The position numbers were made by a program, and so were the translations under genes. A stretch of 64,000 bases of DNA, from positions 62,001-126,000 of the forward strand of contig OZ237743.1 of assembly GCA_965178125.1 (NCBI GenBank). Direction: 5' to 3'. This document shows positions 36,299 to 46,452 of this stretch, piece after piece. The notes under the pieces are model-generated. The model saw only the letters and a program-made list of their open reading frames with translations. It did no database searches and was not told the DNA's origin. Position 1 is the stretch's first letter, and each line of letters begins with the position of its first letter. This DNA comes from Bilabrum cf. latius. Its lineage: Eukaryota.

Positions 36299-37094
36299 TG
36301 GCCGCCTGTCTCTGCTTGGTTCTCTCAGCGGCTGCCTCTGCCTGCAGCTGCCTGAGCCTGTCTCGGTGCAGGGCGGCTTCGTGCGGGCGGGGCCGCTTGG
36401 CGGGGGGCTCCACGGCGGAGTCTGTGCCCAGCTGTGCTCGCCAGTAGGCCACAGCTAGAGGCCGGAGAGTCCCGTCGCCAGAGTCCTCGTCATGCTCGCC
36501 CTACTGCTGCTGCGGGCCCGATCCCGCCCGCTCCTCTCTGCACTTGGCAGCAGATGCCGGGCGGAAGGACCAGATCCTCACCGTGCCGTCTTCGCACGCA
36601 GTGGCAAGGTGGCCACCGCCGGGGGACCATCGTACCATGATGACAGCGCTGTCGTGCCCTCGGAGCGTCGCAAGGCGCCTGCCGCGCTCGCCCGCCAGAC
36701 CACGCGATCTAGGGCGATCCATCCAACCGCCAACGGAGCCTCCGACGTTAAGGCCGAGAGACTTGGCCTCATATTTTATAGAATACAGCGGAAGAGTGGA
36801 CCATACGCTCACGTCTGTTCCGAGGCCGCAGGTGGCGATGCGCCTGCCGCCTGGCTGCACATCCACAGCGTGTACAGACATCCCTGCGAAGCACAGCTAG
36901 CCAAGCATACATAAATACGTCAACGCTAAATGCCTATACATTAGCACCGAAGCGGGTCTTTGATGTCCTATTCTCTCACGTCTTAGCACAATGTCACGGT
37001 GAGCCAGCCACGAAGCCACCGACACTTCGCAGTCAGCGGCAGCATTCTGCGAAGAATCGGGAGATCGCCGGTGGAGCGACGGTGGCGACTACAT
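30654..37094 (-). CDS. HIRA: HIRA histone H3.3 chaperone (WD40 repeats plus C-terminal Hira domain)
   Basis: HIRA-like motifs in order: SVHAVDVQPGGRRIATCG, HDSAVIMVRWSPGGGHLAT, WSRQCSITAPF, FRRLAWDPYG, DLVGHKAPV, VWASDRARPV...VFRQPVTDLS, then C-terminal GFESGEV...GQRVAGPVSLG and LSRGGWPLV. One frame with about 8 TAGs, ending at TGA 30654. A short 5' intron is possible and the start is uncertain. Confidence 0.85.
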
Positions 37095-37271
37095 TGAACC
37101 ACCAAACGCTGCCAAAAGCGCTACTATGGGCGCGGATCGACTTAAAATGCCTGCGACGGAAGAGAGATTTGAAACTGCGGAACCACGAGAAGGTGGGGCG
37201 CGGCGGCCGCGGCGCCGCCTCCATGGCTGGATCGGATTCTGCGATTTCATCACTCGATTTCCGTGCCCGAC

Positions 37272-38465
37272 ATGGCAGCAGTAGCAGCAGGAGCAATGCC
37301 CTCGAGCAATTTGACAGTAGATACTCTGGATGGGAGCGCACAGCCGGCTTCCATCCACCGGAGGTCTGGTATTACCAGCTTCGACAAGTGGGTAACTGTT
37401 TTCCTACCTGACTTTCCCATCACTCGCGGTTGCTACTACTACGAGGTAGAGCTCCTTGGCCCGCTAATGTATCCATAGATTGGCTTCGGGACGATGGCCA
37501 CCAACGCAAGAGGCACGTCGGGACTGGGTGATGACAAGAACGGGTGGGCTGCTGATCCCAGTCGCTGCACTCTCTGGCATCGCGGGCAGCAGGGCGCTTT
37601 CGGTGCTCAGCGTTCGAGCGGCGTGCTTGGATGCATGATCGACACAGATGCAAGAACCATCCGCTTCGGCTTCAACGGCAACTACAGCAGGCCGTGGGGC
37701 CTGGCTTTTTCGGGTGCAGACATCGGCCGGGAGCCCGTGTTCGCGATGATGAGCTGTCAGAACGGGAGGTGTCGATTCCGTGTGGGAAGCACTTACCAGC
37801 CGTTCGTGCACGGTCCGCCGGCGGGATCTGGGGCGCTGCCGCTGTGCCAGGCGGGGGCAGGCGGGTATGCAGTGCCAGAGGCTTTGCCGCTGCGGCCCGC
37901 CCCGGACTCGGGCGCTCCGCCGTCCAGCGGCGCGTCGGGGGCTGGCAGCGGATCTGCCAGCGGAGAGGTGGGTCGATTGCGTGGTGAGGTGGCCCGTCTG
38001 ACCTCCGAGCTGGATGGGCTCAAGGCCCGCATGACGCTGATGGAGAGGCTGCTGGCGGGGCAGGGGCCGGGGCAGGGGCTGGGGTATGGGCGCGGGTAGA
38101 GGGGGGGGAGGGAGAGGGGCAGGGAAGATCGGCCGGAGGAAGATGAGGGAATGCCACGAACTTCGCACCCTCGGCGGCCTGCAGAAAGTCTCTTCCCCCC
38201 TTCTGGTCCCATGCCAGCGGAGCCTGATCCCAGGATGGACCCGCGCTTCGACCCAAGGGCACCCCCACACCCAAGCCTCCCCCCACACACAATGGTCCCC
38301 CCATACTCTAGAATAATCGCGGCGCCTGCATCTGTACCGGGCAGAGAAGGAGAAGGAGAGGGAGCAGCAACCGACGGCGATGGTCCCGTGGAGGAGGCAG
38401 AGCCAGCCCCGCCCGGTGCTTCAGTCAACCCGTACGCGCATGTGTAGAGCGTACGGATGGTTTGA
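37272..38465 (+). CDS. SPRY-domain protein (RNF123/RSPRY1-type SPRY) with a short coiled coil
   Basis: GCYYYEVELLGPLMYP*IGFGT...GLGDDKNGWAAD...VLGCMIDTDARTIRFGFNG. TAGs at 37476, 38097 and 38445; TGA at 38463. Confidence 0.8.
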
Positions 38466-38545
38466 TGTTGTACCCCCCGGGTCCATCCAGTAGGAATCCA
38501 AGGAGATTTTACAATTCACGGTGCGCAAGATTCAATTCTTGCGAT

Positions 38546-41500
38546 TCACGGGCCCCCCCTGGCCCCCAGATCCCCGCCTCGCAGATCACCGTCCTCCTCG
38601 TCCTCTCCAGAGGACAGACCATCCACCACGAATTCACCAGATCGGGGGCCCATCGGCAAGGCAGCCACACCTCCATTGCGGACTGCCGTCGGAGAACCGA
38701 AGACTTCATCCACCTGGTTGCCCCCCTCTCGACCCCCCCTCTCTCCCAGCTCCAGCTCCAGCTCGGGAGACTCGCCCCCCCCTCCCCTCGAGCCATCGCT
38801 CTCCAGCCCAAACTCGCTGTCGTCATCATCACCATCACCACCATCATGGTTGTTGCCTCGCTCACCCCCACGCCGCCCCCCTCCGATCACCCTCCTGCCA
38901 CTCCCGCGAGACCCCTTCACGCGCTCGTACCCCGGCTTGCCCCCGCCGCCGCCACCGCACATGCCCCTGCACGGGCACCCTCGCCCCAAGCACCCGCAGC
39001 AGAGGAACAGCAGCACGCCCAGCACCCTCCCCACGCCCCACCCTGCCGCACCCGGGCTTCCCGCAGCACCCTCCACCTCAGCCTTCTCCTCACGAGCAGC
39101 AACCCCACTCGTCACACCGCTCGCACCCCGAGCAGCTCGCCACGCTTCCACCGGGTCGCATCCAGCCCTCGCCAGCGCGGCAGCGTTCCTCCAGCAGCCC
39201 ACGGCGCAGCCCAGCACGGCAGCGAGCGACACCACGAAGGCACCCACACCCCCGAGCCACCCCTGCGGCAGCACCCGAGTCGCAGGCGCCCCCACGGCCC
39301 CTCCCTCCCCTTGTTCCCTGTCACTGGCGTCCTTCCCCCCGCACGCCCCCTCGTCCCCTGGAAATCTGGGCACCTCCTTGCAGGGCCCCACTGACGGGGA
39401 CGCGCTGGGACTTGGGGCTGCGGTTGGCCCGGGGGCAGCGGAGGGTATGGCAGACGACGGGCTGCCGGCCTCATTCTCGATGCTCGATACGGCCTGCAAC
39501 AGATCCAGCCGCCCTTCAGCACCAGCGCCCTCTTCGTCAGCAGGCACCAGCTCCACCTCCACCTCGAGCAGCACGGGCACGGGCCTCGACCGCCACTCCA
39601 GCCTCCCCCGCACCACCCTCCCGTTGGCCTCCTGCAGCCACTGCCGGTCCGTCCTCGCCCGCGCCGAGTGCGACTGGGGTGCCGTGCCGGCGGGCATCGG
39701 GTTGCTTTGCCGCGCCCATTCAGCGTCCACCTGCCGCGCAGAAGCCACGAGGAGGTAGGCGGCTGCAGCTCTCCGCCGGAGAGTCCTCACCGATGCATCG
39801 CCCTGCCGCCCCTGCCCCTCCGACTCCCGCCAGGTCTCGTCCACCCACACCAGGTCGTCCAGCGGGAGCGGCACCCGCGCCGAGGCTCGCTCCTTGTAGT
39901 GTGACGAGTGCATGTTGGCGCCGTTGCTGCGGAAGTCCCCCGAGCCCCAACGGGTGCTCAGGGCCCCGCTGCCGGCCTCCCCCCGCACCTTGGCCCAGCT
40001 CGCGGGAGAGCCCCGGCGCCACCCCGCCAGCAGGGGGCGTGCTTCATTGTTCCCTGGGCACCCGCACTGCTGCGTGCCCTCCTGTTGCTCCTCATTGGGC
40101 AGCAGACAGAGGCACCTCGTGCTCATCCCCGCCCTCGCGGGGGGGGAAGCAGCAGCGCCCCGTCCATCGGCCAGAACTAGGGGCACGAGAGCAGCTTCAC
40201 CCACCCGCTGCATCCATTCGGTAGGTCGCGGCTGTCTGTGCGCGCGAGTGCCTGCCTGCAGGGCCGCTGCGACAGAGGCTGGGACCGAAAAAGGTGCATT
40301 GTGGCCAGTCACCGTCGCGGCTGCGGCGTCGGACGACAGAGCAGCGGCCTCGATGGATCCGTTGAGCACGCCGAGCGCGCCTTCCAGCCAGGGGGCGCCA
40401 CCTCCATCGCCCCCTGCTGCCGCGAGGGGGGACAGCAGGCCAAGATCAGCGCCCAGGGGCCACCGCAGCAGCAGCAGCTCCGTCTCTTCCACCCTCAGCC
40501 CGCCCCCTAGGTCCCACGAGAGCCCCACAGAGGGCAGACCGCCGACCAGACTACCGCTCATGGATCCGCTGGGCCCGAAGGCAGAAAGCACCCGGGCCAG
40601 CGAGGCATTCCCAGCCGCTCCCTCGTCCCAACGACCAGCATAGACTCCGGCTCCTTGTCCGGATGCTGGTGATGCGTGTCGCGCCCCGCCAGACCCTGCA
40701 TCGAGCCTCAGCTGCATGGAGCTCGCCTGCTCTGGATCTAGGCCCAATCGTCTCAGCTGGCTCCTTGGCTTGTCTCCCAGCGCGGCCTCTAGCACTGCCG
40801 CCGGCACTTTTGCGCTGACGGTCCCACCCACCACATGGGCCCTCCCTCGCAGCTGCTGGAGCAACGCTGCACTGATCCCACCTGCCCCCAGCCCCTCGTT
40901 GCTTCCAGATCCGCCGTTTGCCTCGTTTGCAGCCTTTCTTAGCTCGCCTCCAGCAGCACTTTGCCCCCTTCGGCCGCTCGTCGCGCCACCAGTACCGCCG
41001 CTCGTGCCATTGGCTCGTGCAGTCTATGGCAGGACGACCGCGGCCGTGGCACCAGCCGCCCCGAGGGAGCCGCTGTCTGTGCGAGTGACGAGCGGCTGCA
41101 CGTACGGCTCGACCAGGTCGAGCATGGCTAGCGCAAGCCTCACGTTTCTCGTCACGTGGGCGTCTCCTTTGCCCTCCGTGCGCAGCATCTCCTGCCAGGA
41201 ACCCAGCATGCCCACTGGAGGCGTTTTTCTGTCGGATGTCTCGACCAGCACGTTCAGTGTGCGGAAGGAGACAGGGTTCGGGTTCTCTGTGCGCGCCCGG
41301 GCGTAGCCCCCGTAGGTGGTGGGCTCGCAGTACCCCACGAGTGGGGTGTCCCAGGAGGAGGCGTACGCCCAGTCCTCCATGCCTCCTCTCACGCCGTACA
41401 CGACGTCGTTCATCCGACCCACGGGGTACTTTTTGCTTGGATACCTCCCCGCGAAATCTCGCATGACTCCTCCCAGCTGTGCCTGCGCCCTGTCGTCTGG

Positions 41501-42700
41501 CGACTCGGAGTTCCTGTTCTTCCCTTGCCTTGAGGGCGCGCCCCATTCGTATGCGATGGCCTGCATGCCCCCGTGGTACGTGACCGCCATCTGGAACACG
41601 TGCTCCCGCCACAGCTCGTTCAACACCCGGGCCACCACCGTGCGCATGCAGTCATGCGTGCCCGGGGCCATGTCAATGGGGAAATCCCGGTTCGGGTCTA
41701 TGTGCAGCTCCTCTCGCTTGCCCTGCTCATACCCGATCGGGTTGGTCACCGCCAGGAGCACCACCTCGCGCGTGTCCAGGAGCCTGCGGAGCCAGGCGTT
41801 CCCCTTGACTCCGAATCCGCGCAGGGAGTGCTCCTCCGAGATAAAAGGGACGGTCTTCCCGCCATTGGCCGCTTGCATCCCCCTGCTCCCCGTGCCCACA
41901 GTTCCCTGCAGCCGCCGACCACCGAGGGGGGTCAACGGGGACAGGAGCCCGTCCAGGTCTACGGCCACAGGGGGCGAGTCGCCCAGCAGCTGCTCGCGAA
42001 GCAGCTCCGTCAGGTTCATTCCTTCTGCTCCTGCTCCGCCGAGCGCCGCGCCGTCTGCCTGCCCTGTGCCAGTGGCGCTCCCTCCCACCCCGCCTTCCTC
42101 CGGCGCGCAGTAGGCGCCTAGCAATAACTCCGCCAGCTTGATCACAGTCATCGGCCCAACCTTCTCATCACCGTGGAGATTACCAGAAAAGAATACTTGC
42201 GGTCGTTCAGGGTCCTGAGAGAGCGTCGCACGATTTGTGAGCCGGATCACCCAGTGCTCGCAGGCATCAGGTGATTTGGTCCCGTCGGCCTGGTACGTCT
42301 TGCACTTGCCTGCAGATGGCAGCCCGTAACGCTTCTGCGCTGAAAACAGCTCTGCAAGTCCCGGATATGCGTCGGCAAGCGCATGCAACCGTTTCACAAT
42401 GTCAGCGTACGAGTGATATGAAATTTGCCGTTTCGTGACCAGCCGCTTGCCCGTCGTTGTTCCTAGCTACCTCTGGTTTCCATCATCAACAGATAGCGAT
42501 CGGCGCAAGACACCGGGCTCCTTTGCTGGTACCGCAATCCCGCACGGCAGTGGAACGTCTTCAGATGCAAGAGAAACACGCCTCTGCGAGCTGACGCCTG
42601 GTGGGCTCAATGTGCCGGTACCGACAGCTCCTTGGCCCAACACGAGAGCGGCGACGACAATAATAGCTAAAGATTCGAGTAGTTGGCCTGGCATGAACAT
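38546..42700 (-). CDS. M14 zinc metallocarboxypeptidase (carboxypeptidase D/N/E-like) with signal peptide and C-terminal TM segment
   Basis: Hydrophobic leader, then YHSYADIVKRL, GNLHGDE (HxxE), DPNRDFP, TYHGG, GGMEDWAY and VETS. TM segment WLGGVGAFVVSLAAVLGCAVGCW. TAGs at 42467 and 41024; TGA at 38546. Confidence 0.87.
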
Positions 42701-42825
42701 TGGGGTGGCGTTATGGACACGTTCGTACACGATCCTGTGGCTTTCGCGTATTTTTCCTCGCTCCGAGGCTGCAAACGAACCTTCGTGAACGACACCAAGC
42801 ATTCTGCAACGCCAAACAAATGCAC

Positions 42826-45495
42826 TTACAACAACCCCCCTTGCAGCAGAGCGGATCTCTGCACGCCCCCTGCAGCCGCCCCCCAGGTGCCTCCCATGCC
42901 CTCGAGCCCCTCCCCGGCAGCAGCAGCAGGAGGAGGCCCCGCGCCGCCACCCGTGCTCACACCGACGGCACCTCCCTCCATACCGATCCCATCGCCCCCG
43001 TCTCCCCTGCTCCTGCCCAGCCCCGCATCCGGCCTGCCCGTCGTGGCCAGGCTCAGCTGCCGCAGCAGCGCAGCGAACCTTCCATCGAACTTCACCAGCC
43101 AGTCCCTATCGAAGAGCTGCCTGCCCCCGATCCGATCCACCTCCTCAGCGGCCAGGGGCAGCCCAACAGTCCCCGCGCCCTGACCAGGCCCCGCACTGGT
43201 CCTCCACCGATTCCCACCGCCGTGCGATGCACCCCCTCGGGCACCCAGCCAGCTGCGCTTGCCCCCACCCGCGCCCCGGCTCCGGCCCAGGATGCTGCCG
43301 CCGTCCAGCTGCGTCACCGATCCCGTGCCCGTGCTCGAACCTCCCATGGACCCGACAGACCCTGCCCGCAGCCTGCCCCTACCCCCACCACCGAATATTC
43401 CCCCTTGGAGGCCTGATCCATCCTCAGGGCCCATGCCTCCGGCGCCGACTGGCACTGGCGCCTAGTCCTCGGTTCCGTGTTCCTCGGCCCCTTGGCTCTT
43501 CTTCTTCTTCTTCTTCTTCCCTGTCTTCTTCTTCTTCCGCTTCTTCTTTGGCTTTGGTTTCATCGACTCGCTGGCTGCAGCTCCATCGCCGGTGTCGTCC
43601 CCCCGGTCCTCGCGCTCGTCGCCTGCACCACCGTCCTCCTTGCCCTCACCTGCCCCTGTGCCCGCCCCCTCAACCCCTATGCCCCCGGCCCCGCCCTTCT
43701 GCTTCTCCAAGCCCATCACGATGTCCGCTGCATCCCCCGCCCTCCTGCCGGTGCCCTCCCCTTCATCACCCAGCCCACCCCTATCACCACCTCCCCTGTC
43801 CCCGCGGTGAATGCGCCCATCCCCCCCCCTTCTACCCCCACCGCGGAGGGGGGACAAAGCCGGGCCAGCTCCGGATCCGCGAGCCTTCGAGAACGCGCCT
43901 CGCCCCTTCCCCAGCCGAATCGGACTGCCCATCGACGAGGAGGAAGAAGAAGAAGAGGATGCCACCGGACCAGACCGGGCCCCTGCCCCAGCCCCTGCCC
44001 CTGCCCCCTCCATGGGGCCACTCGCCATGCCCGCGGGCCTTCGCCTCGAGGCACCTCGAGACCGCAACCGACGGCTATCCCCCGCCGCAATCGATCGCAC
44101 GGGCGGCTGGGCCGCACCATAGGCAGCCCTTGCCGCTGCAAAGCCGCTCCCCACCCCGAGTCTGACACCACTTGCCTGCCCAGCGCCGCCCTGCTGCTGC
44201 TGCTGCTGCCTCCGCTGCTGCTTCTTCCTTCTCTCTGCTGCGCGCTTCCTCCTGCGCCGCAGTGCATCCGCCTCCTCGCCCGCGCCCGCACCCACAGCAA
44301 TCCCGCCTGCAGACACTTCACCGCCCTTGGATTCTGGTCTGCCCCCACCGGGGTGACCCCCCCCTGCCATGCCCCCACGACCCCCCCCTGGTTGCCCCGC
44401 GCGGCCAGGGGCACCCGCCCCCGCCACCGCCAGCACGGCGTCCTCCACCTGTTCCCTGGGCATTCTGGCGAGGCTGGACGCTAGCACACCCAGCAGCCGC
44501 AGCACGCCCGTGGAGCGCCGCCCCCGCAGCACGTCCCAAGGCCGGATGGCGGCGGGCTGCCCCGTCAGTCGAGCCACCAGCGCGAGCACCCTCGCGACCA
44601 TCTGCTTGCGAGCCTGCTCGCTGCTCAGCAGCACAGAGGGCGCGGCCGAGTCCCCAGGGAACAGTGCGGCGAGGGGCCCACCACCTCCTCCTCCTCCTCC
44701 CCCCTGCTGGTGCCCTGCTTGCCTCGATTCGCCGGGGCCGTTTTGCTCGCCCCGTGCCGCGTCACCCGTGTCCCCGAGAAGCGCCAGAATCACCCGCATC
44801 ACCACCACGAAAGGCACTGTTGCACCCAGAAGCTCCTCTTCGTCGACTGGCGAGTCCCCGACCACGGCCCGCAGCCAGTGCAGCAGCTCGCGCGCGGCAT
44901 CGTGGCGGAGCGGAGCGTCTTCGTCCAAGGCTGAAGACTCCAGAGATGCAGCGGCCACGGTCTATGCAGCCGACGAACGAGCCTGTGGGGTTATAGGAGA
45001 AACAGACCTCAAGCCTGCCGCAGGCTGGCCCGCAGCGGAGCGGCTCGAGGCGGTGGATGGCGGGCTGCTTCCCGGTTGGCCTCCTTGCGCGAGCCCCACG
45101 CTCCCACCGAGACCACTCTACGGCTCAGCTTCCATTGGTCTCATACCAAGGCTACCTATGCCAGGGTTGGGAGCAGCGGCGTTATCTGCGAGCCTTGTCC
45201 GGCCGCCAGCCCCGGTTGGCCGGTTGTCGTCGCTGTCACCATCACCGTTCGAACTCATGGAATACTGGTCTGAATCGCCCTCGTCTTCAGCTTCCCCTGC
45301 TTTCGACTCAAACATGGATGGACCCGAATCCAGAGGGCTTGGCTTGCTGTCAAGCTGTTTGCGCAGCCCAAGCGGCGTCGTCGGCCCTACCGAGTCTTGT
45401 GGGGCTGCAGCAGAAACACTCCCAGATTCTTCTTCGTCAAACTCATCTGCGTAGTCTCCTAAGCTGTCGTCGTCACCTAATGCAGAGCTTGCCAT
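42826..45495 (-). CDS. Low-complexity protein with a possible CH-like (IFT54/TRAF3IP1 N-terminal-like) domain
   Basis: One frame with 3 TAGs, ending at TAA 42826. The segment RKQMVARVLALVARLTGQPAAIRPWDVLRGRRSTGVLRLLGVLA weakly resembles the MIP-T3 CH domain. Contains a Lys-rich tract. Confidence 0.55.
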
Positions 45496-45940
45496 TGCAA
45501 GGCCTGCAGAAAGTGTTGCATTCAAGGTCCGCAAACGGAAACACGCATCATGATGTTGCTACAGTGCAATGATTCGTCCAGAAGGTCGAATTCTTCGAAA
45601 ATACGTCTGATTGACCGCGCTACAGCAAAATTTCTTAATCAAGTCAAAGCTCCCAGCAGTTCAAGCCGCAAAGACCAGCTCCTGCACCCAGTGCATACTC
45701 AGCGAGCAGGTGCATGCCAAGTTAGCGCACCAGTTGTCATGTGTCCCTGGCAACACACGCCAGGTCCTGGCCACTTGCAATACAGTGCCTAGATGGAAAT
45801 AAATATCACGCTGAACTCCCAATACGCTGAGTTGCAACGGGAAATCAGAGCTAGGAGGCATTGAAATTCGTTTCCAGACCATGCACTCCTCCAGTTATCA
45901 CACTTCACCCCGGCTTTCCTGTTGGTCAAATCATAATAGT

Positions 45941-46237
45941 TCAACCTCCCCTGCACACCATGTACATCGTGAGCAGGCTGCCCTCCGCTACGCCGTATTC
46001 GTCCAGCTATCGACCATCCTCGACAAGCCGTCGTCCCTCGCAAACAAAATGCATGTTCTCCAATAGCATTTTTCCAATGAGTGTGCGAACTTCTTTTTTG
46101 AGGTCCAAGACGGTACTAGCTCCTTGCAACTCGATATCGAGGAGTCTCCCGTCGAGACTCTTCACCTTGACCTTGAAGCTGCCAGTCGCGCTTGTCTCTA
46201 CATCAATGCTCGTAGTACCGGTAGGTGCTGCAGCCAT
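45941..46237 (-). CDS. Ubiquitin-like protein with C-terminal di-Gly (98 aa)
   Basis: FKVKVKSLDGRLLDIELQGASTVLDLKKEV...FVCEGRRLVEDGR*LDEYGVAEGSLLTMYMVCRGG then TGA. The TAG at 46007-46009 sits inside the beta-grasp fold. Confidence 0.85.
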
Positions 46238-46452
46238 GCCTTCAAAGACAAAAAATCTCAAGGGAACTGTGGTTGCAATCGGACGATCCAACAAGCGCGA
46301 TAATCCGTGAAATGATGCTCGTGTAGGCTTGCGGGTCGCACCGCTCAGCTAGGCCTAGCCGAAAACAGGTCGCAACTTGAACACGCTGCGATCGTCCTCT
46401 CGATTACCCGGCACGAAAGAGGTCAGCCTCGAATTCGCAGCTGTTAGTACCA

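Noticed and set aside
7772-37478. TAG as pyrrolysine, or as Trp via A-to-I editing
   Set aside because: TAGs align to Gln columns and poly-Gln runs, not Trp columns. They are far too frequent for Pyl, and no pyl genes are visible.
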